Positions 48,480-56,452 of a stretch of 64,000 nt of DNA are shown here, one piece after another. The notes under the pieces are model-generated. The model ran no database searches, had not been told where the DNA came from, and saw nothing but the letters and a program-made list of their open reading frames with translations. Source of the stretch: a virus. The translations under genes and the position numbers were made by a program. How positions within the stretch are numbered: the stretch's first letter is position 1; every line of letters starts with the position of its first letter. The stretch spans positions 95,229 to 159,228 of the IMG/VR virus record IMGVR_UViG_3300037424_001177. One strand, 5' to 3'.

Positions 48480-49079
48480 CTAGCACTTCCGATAAACACT
48501 ATGGACGAGGCCCTCAAGCATCGACGCCTTGAAGTCTGCGTTCCGGACAAGTATGGAGGTCTTTTCTGGGTGAGCGGCATCGAATCGCACGTAGTCGCCT
48601 TCCTTGCGGTAGTACCTGACGCTGATCTCATCACCAACGCGTAAGCAAACCAAGCACCCAGAAGTAATGAAGGCACCGCGTCGTTGAACGAGCAAATAGT
48701 CTCCATCTAGAATCCCTGATCTTTCGAGTGCGTCTCCGCGCATCAGGAACCCGACGACAGGCTTGTTGATCATTGAGGAACTGACTTGGATAGTATCGAC
48801 AACGTTCCCTTCTTCGAAAGTTCGCGAATAAACTTTGACCGTTTGAGTTTCCGACACTGTGGTGCTTTCAATGAGCTTGATCCCGCGACTCGCGCCTTGA
48901 CGTGTACGCTGGATGTGGCCTTTGCGTTCGAGTGCGTCCAGGTGTTGACTGATGCCGTGCGTGGAGTGTAAATCTAAAGCGACACAAAGTTCTCGCAGGG
49001 AAGGCGGGTAACCGAATTCCCTGATACGATCCCGAACGACGTTCAGGACCATTTCTTGTCGCCTGGTGAGTCCGATCAT
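48480..49079 (-). CDS. lexA: LexA-family repressor lacking autocleavage residues
   Basis: LT.RQ, GYPPS.REL, HL.ALERKG.I, SRGI; S24-like domain GDAL/GI.DGD. Confidence 0.85.
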   Translation of the reverse strand: MIGLTRRQEMVLNVVRDRIREFGYPPSLRELCVALDLHSTHGISQHLDALERKGHIQRTRQGASRGIKLIESTTVSETQTVKVYSRTFEEGNVVDTIQVSSSMINKPVVGFLMRGDALERSGILDGDYLLVQRRGAFITSGCLVCLRVGDEISVRYYRKEGDYVRFDAAHPEKTSILVRNADFKASMLEGLVHSVYRKC

Positions 49080-49113
49080 GCGATATCGTCAGGTGTAACA
49101 CCGTGTTTCAAAT

Positions 49114-49184
49114 GCTGCGTGACGCGATTGGATCGCGACCTCTCTGTCTAAGAGGCGAAACGGGTTCGATTCCCGTACGCAGCG
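49114..49184 (+). tRNA. trnD: tRNA-Asp(GTC)
   Basis: Loop CTGTCTA, GTTCGA. Confidence 0.82.
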
Positions 49185-49186
49185 CC

Positions 49187-49279
49187 GGCCTAGGATCCCG
49201 GGGTGGCGACCGGGTGTGATATTGCTGACGTGCGCACGGTAGGCAGTAGAGCAGGGCGTAGAAGCTACGCAGGGCCACA
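49187..49279 (+). ncRNA. Putative structured, tRNA-sized RNA
   Basis: Closing GGCC/GGCC stem plus three hairpins; no canonical tRNA motifs. Confidence 0.35.
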
Positions 49280-49384
49280 ATATTTTACGTGATTCCCAGG
49301 TTTTGGGAGCAAAAACAGGAGGTATCTATGATGTTGATGATTTTCTGAATACCGGCCCTTGGGGGAGGGCCCCGGTCGGTGTAA

Positions 49385-49792
49385 GTGGCGTACATGCTCA
49401 CAACAGCTGACCAGTTGGTACTGCACGGACTAGGAGACTACGTTCTCCAAAGCCAGTGGATGGCGAACGAGAAGTCAAAACAATCACTCGTAGCCTTCGT
49501 GCACGCGCTCACCTACACGTTGCCGTTCTTTTTGGTGAGCCAGAATCCGTCGGCACTTTTTGCGATCTGCGGCACACACTTCGTGATCGATCGATGGCGC
49601 CTCGCCAAGTACGTGTGTTGGACCAAAAACTTCTTGGCACCACCGGGCTCCAATCGCCCTTGGTCTGAGTGTCGCAGTACGGGCTACCCAGACGACAGCC
49701 CTCCTTGGTTGAGTGTGTGGTTGTTCATCATTGCAGACAACCTCATGCACGTGGTGTGTAACGGACTGGCTCTCAAGTATCTCAACTTTTAG
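49385..49792 (+). CDS. DUF3307-family membrane protein
   Basis: H.LGDYVLQS.WMA..K, HAL.Y, THFVID, DN.MH. Confidence 0.8.
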   Translation: MAYMLTTADQLVLHGLGDYVLQSQWMANEKSKQSLVAFVHALTYTLPFFLVSQNPSALFAICGTHFVIDRWRLAKYVCWTKNFLAPPGSNRPWSECRSTGYPDDSPPWLSVWLFIIADNLMHVVCNGLALKYLNF

Positions 49793-49861
49793 AGGTGAGG
49801 CTAAGGTAGCCGGGGAGCCTCCAAAACTCCTGCCGAGACGGTTCAATTCCGTCCACCTCTG
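49791..49861 (+). tRNA. trnW: tRNA-Trp(CCA)
   Basis: Loop CTCCAAA, GTTCAA. Confidence 0.8.
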
Positions 49862-49862
49862 C

Positions 49863-50093
49863 TTAGGGACACAACTCCAATCTTTTGGCACAAGACAGGT
49901 CTTCGTTGTGCGGACCTTCACACACGTCTTGTAAACGGTACTTGAATTGTTCTGCTCGTACAACACAGCGCACGTCGACCTTGTCTTCTTGGGCTCGGTA
50001 GGTGTGGATGCAATAGGCCACAATGCCGGCATCGGCAAGGAGGACGAGGCCCCACAACATGAGCGTCAGGGTCTTTGGGCTGACAATGGGCAT
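49863..50093 (-). CDS. Small membrane-anchored Cys protein
   Basis: N-terminal TM, Cys-rich tail. Confidence 0.4.
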   Translation of the reverse strand: MPIVSPKTLTLMLWGLVLLADAGIVAYCIHTYRAQEDKVDVRCVVRAEQFKYRLQDVCEGPHNEDLSCAKRLELCP

Positions 50094-50115
50094 GACAAAT
50101 TGTAGCACAAGTTTC

Positions 50116-50188
50116 GGTGCTCGACGGTCGGGTTGACCTGATTCGTCTGATAAGCGGATCGTGCAGAGTTCAAGTCTCTGGAGCACTA
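50116..50188 (+). tRNA. trnI: tRNA-Ile(GAT)
   Basis: Loop CTGATAA, GTTCAA; atypical D arm. Confidence 0.75.
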
Positions 50189-50227
50189 CTACTGGAGGTC
50201 ATCGCCTTGCCGCCACGCACTGTCTAC

Positions 50228-50614
50228 TTACAGTTTCACGAGTCCGTCGAGCATCTGCCGAGTCGAAATCTCGTTTCGCCAGTATTGAAGCAAGATCACC
50301 CTGTTCAAGTTGACGAAGTCGATGACCTGCTTTTTCAGCTTGCCGGGAAGAGTGCCGATAACCCTCGGAGGTTTTGTGATCGTGACCGAAGCCGCGTCCG
50401 ACAACCCCTCTTTGGTGATTTTCGTGCCCGGAATGATCTTGACCCTAGGACCGTGCTGACTCTTGGTTCCGACAAACTCACCGGAGGATACCCAAATAAC
50501 CGCATCCGCCACGCCGGTGTCAACCGGAGGAAGGTTGGACATCGCTTCGAGCAGGAATCGAGCGACGATCTTCTTAGGGTTGGGCTTACTTTGTACTGGT
50601 TTCTTGGCGGCCAT
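50228..50614 (-). CDS. DUF4160-like protein with KIxxRF tag
   Basis: KKIVARFLLEA then MSNL...TG...IWVS...HGPRVK...F+.LN...+L.YW. Confidence 0.6.
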   Translation of the reverse strand: MAAKKPVQSKPNPKKIVARFLLEAMSNLPPVDTGVADAVIWVSSGEFVGTKSQHGPRVKIIPGTKITKEGLSDAASVTITKPPRVIGTLPGKLKKQVIDFVNLNRVILLQYWRNEISTRQMLDGLVKL

Positions 50615-50677
50615 CGCGTCCTTGTAGGATCACACACTTTGAGCTGGTGAGCTAGCTCATTTTCATCTTCTCTCAGT

Positions 50678-51418
50678 TCACGTGGACGACGTGTCGGGAT
50701 GGTAGAAATCTCCAAGAGCCTGCAAGTAGATGTCGTGGTGCTCTGTGTCGAGTAACGCCTTGTCGTAGAATGTGATGCTCGCAACGTCGGCTTTCAAGAA
50801 GTTACCCATACCCCAAGGCCAACCACAGGATGCGCCGACACGAAAGTGTCCGTATTCGCCACCTGTTGGCGTCGCAGTGATGTGGTCGATCCAGTTGTCA
50901 CATGTAACGAGCTTGCCATTCACGTAGAAGTTGTTGATCTCTACTCCCGGTTTGTTCGGCCACATGCTGCGTGTCCAACCGAGTACGCAAGGCAGCGACG
51001 GCAAGATGGTTTTAGCCTTGGTAATTGAGTTGGTCCCCATCCCGTATTCAACGAACATCCCCAATTCGTTTTGGCCGACTTCAAAATGGTATTGTGTATT
51101 GGTCGCCTCGACTTCGCCGAGACCTGCGTGTGACACCAGGCACTGTTTGCGAGACCGATTGTGGTTTTTGATCAGACAAGCGAACGCACAGTTTGTTGCC
51201 CGATTCAAATCCGGGATCATGTTCGGGATCCAGAGACATGTGTCCCCGCCAAACCTAAACCAAGTGATCCCGCCGTCGTCGACGTATTGTTCTTTTCCGG
51301 TCTCGACTACGAGGTCTCTTGGTAGGTCTTTACGTCGACCACTAGTATCGACAAGTGATCCGTTCAGGACGTTGAGCACAGGCTCGTGACTGTTGTCGAT
51401 GTAGCGAATTCGACCCAC
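50678..51418 (-). CDS. Divergent LamG-like paralog
   Basis: L.DTSG, LVVETG.E.Y, LVSHAG.GE.EATN..Y, FYVNG, TPTGG..G.FRVG shared with the genes at 1-2779. Confidence 0.65.
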   Translation of the reverse strand: MGRIRYIDNSHEPVLNVLNGSLVDTSGRRKDLPRDLVVETGKEQYVDDGGITWFRFGGDTCLWIPNMIPDLNRATNCAFACLIKNHNRSRKQCLVSHAGLGEVEATNTQYHFEVGQNELGMFVEYGMGTNSITKAKTILPSLPCVLGWTRSMWPNKPGVEINNFYVNGKLVTCDNWIDHITATPTGGEYGHFRVGASCGWPWGMGNFLKADVASITFYDKALLDTEHHDIYLQALGDFYHPDTSST

Positions 51419-51450
51419 CGCCGCATTTTAACACAACTAATGACAGCGTG

Positions 51451-51891
51451 TCAAACCGTTGTGTCCATGCTCTTTTCGAATTCGGAAACGAACGTTTTCA
51501 ACTCCGAAACGGTTTTTCGTAGACCGCGCTCGTCTTTTTTCTTGATCACACCTTCAATCTTGGAAGCGATATTTTCCAAGTCACGTTTCAACAGCGGTGC
51601 ATCGGCTTGAAGTGCTTCCCAGTCAGGTTCAGTGAACGCAGAGGTTCGATCATAACTGTACATTTTGCGGACCCTTTCTACCGGCCTCAAATCCCTGATT
51701 AGTAGCCAGCGGTGGGTGCCCGAGACGTGAAGTCCTCTTGACTTAGCCTCTACAGTTATCTGATTTATCTGCTCTTTTGTGTACCCGTCAACGTCTATTG
51801 TTACTTCGCTCTTTCCTGGCTTCACGCTGTCTAAAATCCGGTCCAAGAGTGTGACCTGTCTTCCTCCGCCCGCGGCGTTGATTTGCGTCAT
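51451..51891 (-). CDS. Fused pair of small proteins; second starts at 51663 with MYSYDR tag
   Basis: Near-identical leaders TAGAAAGG(A/G)TC(T/C)GCAAAATG precede both ATGs, in frame. Confidence 0.55.
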   Translation of the reverse strand: MTQINAAGGGRQVTLLDRILDSVKPGKSEVTIDVDGYTKEQINQITVEAKSRGLHVSGTHRWLLIRDLRPVERVRKMYSYDRTSAFTEPDWEALQADAPLLKRDLENIASKIEGVIKKKDERGLRKTVSELKTFVSEFEKSMDTTV

Positions 51892-51936
51892 TTTGCAGAT
51901 CCTTTCTACTGAGGGTCTAGCCAATAACAAATTTTT

Positions 51937-52011
51937 CGGGGATAAGGCTCAAGGTGGGCCACTAGTCTTGGGAACTAGCGTCGGCGGGTTCGATTCCCGC
52001 ATCCCCGACCA
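51937..52011 (+). tRNA. trnP: tRNA-Pro(TGG)
   Basis: Loop CTTGGGA, ACCA end. Confidence 0.9.
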
Positions 52012-52019
52012 ACACCTTT

Positions 52020-52095
52020 GCCGGCGTAGCACTCTAGGGAGCGCACTTGCCTCGTAAGCAAGACCAGATCGGTTCGAATCCGTTCGCCGGCTCCA
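52020..52095 (+). tRNA. trnT: tRNA-Thr(CGT)
   Basis: Loop CTCGTAA, TCCA end. Confidence 0.9.
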
Positions 52096-52097
52096 CT

Positions 52098-52176
52098 GCT
52101 CCGTTCGTCTACGTTGGTTTAGGACAACTGCCCTTTCAAGGCGGAGAAGCGGGATCGTCGCCCGCACGGAGCACCA
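52098..52176 (+). tRNA. trnE: tRNA-Glu(TTC)
   Basis: Loop CTTTCAA, ACCA end; T-loop ATCGTCG. Confidence 0.85.
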
Positions 52177-52187
52177 AACATTTTCTT

Positions 52188-52263
52188 GGGGCCGTAGCTC
52201 AAATGGGAGAGCACTTGTCTTGCACACAAGGGGTTGAGAGTTCGAGTCTCTCCGGTTCCACCA
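52188..52263 (+). tRNA. trnA: tRNA-Ala(TGC)
   Basis: Loop CTTGCAC, G3:U70, ACCA. Confidence 0.92.
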
Positions 52264-52265
52264 AT

Positions 52266-52338
52266 GCCCCTGTAGCGCAATGGATAGCGCAGCACGCTTC
52301 GAACGTGTAGGTTGGGAGTTCGAGTCTCTCCAGGGGCG
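52266..52338 (+). tRNA. trnR: tRNA-Arg(TCG)
   Basis: Loop CTTCGAA. Confidence 0.9.
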
Positions 52339-52343
52339 CTTTA

Positions 52344-52430
52344 GTCGCTGTGGCGGAATTTGGCAGACGCACTTGCCTTAGAAGCAAGCGCCCTTGTGGT
52401 GTGGAGGTTCAAGTCCTCTCAGCGACACCA
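52344..52430 (+). tRNA. trnL: tRNA-Leu(TAG)
   Basis: Loop CTTAGAA, variable arm, ACCA. Confidence 0.92.
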
Positions 52431-52434
52431 ACTT

Positions 52435-52510
52435 TGCGGGGTAGGCTGACTGGTGAGGCACCGGTCCTACAAACCGGCTTAGGTTGGGGTTCGATTCCCA
52501 CACCCCGTAC
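52435..52510 (+). tRNA. trnV: tRNA-Val(TAC), atypical
   Basis: Loop CCTACAA (C33), C discriminator. Confidence 0.65.
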
Positions 52511-52583
52511 GAGCCTGATCCATCCGGTCGGTGGGCGCGATCTGCAAAATCGTGTGCACTGGGTTCAACTCCCAGCAGGCTCT
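52511..52583 (+). tRNA. trnC: tRNA-Cys(GCA)
   Basis: Loop CTGCAAA, U discriminator. Confidence 0.8.
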
Positions 52584-52832
52584 CTAGTTCTTTGGCGGCC
52601 TCAGGTCCTCGACTTTGGTCAAGGGTCCAATAAACTTCTTCATCGTTTCTTGGAGATCGTCTTCCGACTCTTTTGCAAACAGTAGGACGGAAGGCCCTCC
52701 TTCGATACCCAATTGTGTTCGTGTGTCGATTTTGATGGGTTGGTCCTCGAGCAGCTTCTCACAATTCATGCGAGACAGTCCGAGGATAATCAATGTCTGC
52801 CCATCGTCAGTACCCGCAACAGCTTTGATCAT
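52584..52832 (-). CDS. Hypothetical protein
   Basis: 82-aa ATG ORF between tRNAs. Confidence 0.5.
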   Translation of the reverse strand: MIKAVAGTDDGQTLIILGLSRMNCEKLLEDQPIKIDTRTQLGIEGGPSVLLFAKESEDDLQETMKKFIGPLTKVEDLRPPKN

Positions 52833-52854
52833 GTCGACTATCGTACGTCTTTCC

Positions 52855-52970
52855 GCCCTCGTAGCACAACTGGATTGTGCACCCGGCTACCCTTCCTTCA
52901 ATTCCCGCCCGGTTTCTACTGTTACTTGTCCGGACAATCAACAAAAATCTGTACTCCGAGGGGGACACCA
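52855..52970 (+). pseudogene. Disrupted tRNA-Arg(ACG)
   Basis: Good 5' half GCCCTCGTAGCACAACTGGATTGTGCACCCGGCTAC stops in the anticodon; CGAGGG..ACCA about 65 nt later. Confidence 0.55.
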
Positions 52971-52991
52971 AATCTTGGTGTCATTGTCGGC

Positions 52992-53312
52992 ATGGCCGAA
53001 ACTGCCCTCACGCTACCGGATCGTGAAGAGATGCTTGCACGTCTACTGAAGATCAACGATCTATCGCATTTTCGGCAGTATCTTTATCCACGGTTGTTGA
53101 CAAGTGCCGGTAAACAAATAACGGCTCCAAGCGGTGTCGCCATGATGTTGGTACTTGCTATGTACGACTACGTGAAAGAGTGTGGATTACCGTCTATCGC
53201 GACCCGTGCGTTGTACTTGCAGGCTCCTGTGTTTGTCGATGCGCTAGTCAGTGACGTTGAGCTAATCAACGCAACAAAAGAGTTTCTCAGGGAAGCTCTT
53301 AGACGAAACTAG
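52992..53312 (+). CDS. Hypothetical protein
   Basis: ATG at 52992 inferred. Confidence 0.45.
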   Translation: MAETALTLPDREEMLARLLKINDLSHFRQYLYPRLLTSAGKQITAPSGVAMMLVLAMYDYVKECGLPSIATRALYLQAPVFVDALVSDVELINATKEFLREALRRN

Positions 53313-53790
53313 GACCCGGTCCTTACGTCGGGTTTTCCGAGTCAGGTCAGAGCATCACAACTGGTTCTCCGGAGAGAAGGCGCGGAGCGCTCCGGGGAGT
53401 CTCGTTGGAAGTTGCGGTGTTCCTGGTACGACGCGGGTTGACAGTTACCGTGCCTGAGCAAGCTGTCGTCGGCGAACAAACCCGCTGCCTCGTGGTGGTT
53501 CTTGAGCTTTGGGTTTGTTGTAGGAAGGGCGGCCTGGTCCCTTGCCAAAACCAGGCACGTATAGCAAAGTGGAAAGTCGAAATGGTGAAGCATCGCAGGA
53601 TCACTAACAAGCCGCTGACGGCGGCAAGGAGATCCTGTGCACCACAAACGCAAGAAACGAAAAAACGCTCGAGGCGGTTGTCTGTTTTGTAAGCCTCACA
53701 AGGCAACCGGGTCGAAAGACTCGTGGAATCATCAGACGAGACAAGAACAACGGTCTCGTGTCTCAATGAGCGAACAGCTCAAGGTCTTTT

Positions 53791-53870
53791 GGAGAGGTGG
53801 CTAATGGTGGCAAACCGTTTTGAAAACGGTCGCGGTAATTCCGTAGCGGGTTCGATTCCTGTCCTCTCCG
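53791..53870 (+). tRNA. trnS: tRNA-Ser(TGA)
   Basis: Loop TTTGAAA, variable arm, G discriminator. Confidence 0.85.
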
Positions 53871-53880
53871 CAAAATTAAT

Positions 53881-53966
53881 GGAGGTTGATGATCACTGGG
53901 TGATCCGCAGTTCGCTAAACTGATGGCACTTTCGGGTGTGGCGTTCGATTCGTCCGACCTCCGCCA
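53881..53966 (+). tRNA. trnS: tRNA-Ser(GCT)
   Basis: Loop TCGCTAA (C33), variable arm, GCCA. Confidence 0.8.
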
Positions 53967-53972
53967 ATTTTT

Positions 53973-54046
53973 TGGGGTGTCGTCTAAAGGTAGGACGGCT
54001 GGCTTTGGACCAGTTGATCCAGGTTCGATCCCTGGTGCCCCAACCA
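53973..54046 (+). tRNA. trnQ: tRNA-Gln(TTG)
   Basis: Loop CTTTGGA, ACCA. Confidence 0.9.
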
Positions 54047-54048
54047 AT

Positions 54049-54119
54049 GGCGAGCTTGGTCCAGGGAGGACCAGTGCTTTCATACGGCGCCGGAGAGGGT
54101 TCGAGTCCCTCGCTCGCTA
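54049..54119 (+). tRNA. trnM: tRNA-Met(CAT) (Met or Ile2)
   Basis: Loop TTCATAC, GTTCGA. Confidence 0.8.
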
Positions 54120-54125
54120 CAATGT

Positions 54126-54440
54126 TCAGTTGTCGTCGATGTTCACGAATGCTGTGATCTTGAGGCTCTTCAACCCATCATTCTGGGCCCGTAGGATGAC
54201 CGTTCCGGAGCCGACACCGTTGCTCTTTTCGGTGTCTTTGCCGGCCAACTTGTAGAAGAAGTCCACGTGAACAGTGTCGCGGTGTGTAGTGGCCGGTCTG
54301 AACACCAAAGACCCCTTCTCGAGTTCGTAGTGCTTGGCACACATCTTCTCAACTTGTTCGGTCGTGAGATCCAGGCTGAACTTGTTGAAGATTTGAACTT
54401 TGTCCACAGCCGCAGTCTTGCGTCGGTCGTAGGAATACAT
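54126..54440 (-). CDS. Small protein with MYSYDR tag
   Basis: MYSYDRRKTAA; ATG at 54440. Confidence 0.55.
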   Translation of the reverse strand: MYSYDRRKTAAVDKVQIFNKFSLDLTTEQVEKMCAKHYELEKGSLVFRPATTHRDTVHVDFFYKLAGKDTEKSNGVGSGTVILRAQNDGLKSLKITAFVNIDDN

Positions 54441-54475
54441 AAGCCTTGTCTCTTGAAGGGCCACAAATGAATTTT

Positions 54476-54552
54476 GTCCCAGCAGCACGACTGGACCGTG
54501 CGGCGAGCTTCTAACTCGACGGCTGGTGGTTCGAATCCATCCTGGGACGCCA
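54476..54552 (+). tRNA. trnR: tRNA-Arg(TCT)
   Basis: Loop CTTCTAA, GCCA. Confidence 0.88.
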
Positions 54553-54560
54553 AATGATCT

Positions 54561-54636
54561 GGACTGTGAGCTAGTACGGTTATAGCAGGCTGCTGAAAAC
54601 GGCCAGAACCCCGTTCGACTCGGGGACAGTCCACCA
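54561..54636 (+). tRNA. trnF: tRNA-Phe(GAA)
   Basis: Loop CTGAAAA, ACCA. Confidence 0.88.
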
Positions 54637-54642
54637 ATTTAT

Positions 54643-54719
54643 GGTGAGCGTAGCCTTCTGGTGAGGGCACTTGGATGTGGCCCAAGTTTAGGCGGGTTCA
54701 ATTCCCGTCGCTCACCCCA
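54643..54719 (+). tRNA. trnH: tRNA-His(GTG)
   Basis: G-1, loop ATGTGGC, CCCA end. Confidence 0.88.
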
Positions 54720-55072
54720 ATTCCTAATTCTCGAAAGACTCGGGCTAGCAGCTCGTTTTTGTCGAACGGTTTTGTGATCCAACAACTCTCCAGAGACTTG
54801 TCACTGGCGGCGTAGCCCGATATGTAGAGGACTTTCACGTTGGGGATCAATTTCTTGGCTTCCTCTGCTAGTGTCAAGCCACTCATGTCTTGCAGTGACC
54901 AATCGAGCAGCATGAGCTTGATGGACTCGCCCAAGTGGCTTCTGATTAGTTTGAGCGCGGCCTCACCACTCTTTGCCGTCACGATCTTGTAGTCGTCACA
55001 AGACAGACTCTTCACCAGAGCACGAAGCAAGAATTGTTCGTCGTCGACGATTAGCACAACAGTGGTCGTCAC
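54698..55072 (-). CDS. Stand-alone response-regulator receiver domain
   Basis: LIVDDE, LLDW.L..MSG, ISGY, TKPF; GTG start inferred. Confidence 0.85.
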   Translation of the reverse strand: MTTTVVLIVDDEQFLLRALVKSLSCDDYKIVTAKSGEAALKLIRSHLGESIKLMLLDWSLQDMSGLTLAEEAKKLIPNVKVLYISGYAASDKSLESCWITKPFDKNELLARVFRELGIGVSDGN

Positions 55073-55121
55073 AGCTAGGTCGGCACACAAGTCCTTTCTT
55101 TTTATCGAAACGCCACCTGTC

Positions 55122-56351
55122 GTGACAGATATCATCGCTGCCATCGTAATCCGGTACAAGCGTGGGGACGCAATCGCTGACCCAACGCAACTGTCCAACA
55201 CGATAGGTCAGCATCTCAACGACTTCGCCAAGTTGGAGCGGGATGCACAGAAACTCCAGCAACTGGCTTCCAAGATCAAAGCCATCCGTGCACGAGACCC
55301 CGAATCTGAGGAGCAGAAGCCTTTTTGGAATGAAATTTACTCGATGGAGCCTGTTTTCAGGGAGATGCTCAGGGCTTCGGCTTTCCACTACTACGCTCAG
55401 TTTCGCGATATTTGGGACCTTGCGCTTGCTATTCTTCAACAGTTCAATCTGCCTACGCCTCTTCGTCGAAAAATCGAGCAGATGAGTCGATACTGGGCTT
55501 CCAAACAAAAGCCAAAAAACATCCGGTTGCGTGGCAGCCCTCTCGACCAATACGACGCAGCAGCCGCTAACTATTTGAGTCAGCTGTCCGAGATTCGCGG
55601 CCAGCACGCAACGATCCTTGAAGCTTTGTCCAAGGGCAAGCCCATAGACGAGTCTCACAAGATCAAGGCCGGACCGTTCTCTCTAGTCAACACAGGTGGA
55701 TTCAAAGAATCCGTCATGTTGGAAGCAGCGGACACGGTTCAGAAGGCTGCGACCTTGCTCACGAGCAAGGGTTTTGGCAAGGTTTGCTACGGTGATGTTC
55801 TCGTCAGCCGCAAGGTAGGCAAAAGCAATGTGCTCGCTTTCTACTTAGGATCCAAAGACGAGTTCTTCGTTCGTGCGGGAATCCGAATGAGCGTTGACTC
55901 TGTGCAAACCGTACTTCACGAACTCTTTCATCGTTTGCACCGGAAGTTCTTGTCTGGGAAGGATCAAAAGATCAAGGAGCTTTACCGAAAATGTAGTCAA
56001 GCTTCAGAAAGCGTCGAGGATGCTAAGCGCGATCGTTTGCCCATACCGTCAATAGGTGACGAGGTCAAGTACAAGGGGGAGACGCTCGTGGTCAAAACGG
56101 TCGACTACAGGTCTCGTGCCGTACATCTTGTCGTGAAGGGTGAACCCAAATTCATACTCAAGATTCCCATTGAAACCTACGCGGAGAACTACCTAGGTGT
56201 CCAAAAAACTGTTGTTGACACTTCAGGGTTCGTCACCTCGTATGCCCGCACGGGCGGCCCTGATGAGAACTTCGCAGAGATGGGGTCTTTTTACTGTTTG
56301 AACAAACTGTCGGAGGAACAGGTAGCCAACTTTGAGGAGGTCCTGACCTGA
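55122..56351 (+). CDS. Zincin-like metallopeptidase domain protein with N-terminal tag
   Basis: HELFH and TSYARTGGPDENFAE; paralog of 39125..40342. Confidence 0.7.
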   Translation: MTDIIAAIVIRYKRGDAIADPTQLSNTIGQHLNDFAKLERDAQKLQQLASKIKAIRARDPESEEQKPFWNEIYSMEPVFREMLRASAFHYYAQFRDIWDLALAILQQFNLPTPLRRKIEQMSRYWASKQKPKNIRLRGSPLDQYDAAAANYLSQLSEIRGQHATILEALSKGKPIDESHKIKAGPFSLVNTGGFKESVMLEAADTVQKAATLLTSKGFGKVCYGDVLVSRKVGKSNVLAFYLGSKDEFFVRAGIRMSVDSVQTVLHELFHRLHRKFLSGKDQKIKELYRKCSQASESVEDAKRDRLPIPSIGDEVKYKGETLVVKTVDYRSRAVHLVVKGEPKFILKIPIETYAENYLGVQKTVVDTSGFVTSYARTGGPDENFAEMGSFYCLNKLSEEQVANFEEVLT

Positions 56352-56452
56352 TTTTTATTGCTCGTAGGATCGAGTGATAGTAGGGATCGGGTTGACTGGG
56401 AACTGAAGGAAGTAGTAGCGAATGGTCCTCTAAAACCGAAAGGAGGATCGTC

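Noticed and set aside
51949-54685. ORF-track proteins overlapping tRNAs (e.g. 51949..52227, 53763..54083, 54170..54685)
   Set aside because: Translations of tRNA sequence.
56405-56445. GGTC-CTCTAAA-ACC resembling an amber-suppressor anticodon arm before the HNH gene
   Set aside because: No acceptor stem or T arm found, and long genes end normally at TAG, so there is no sign of recoding.
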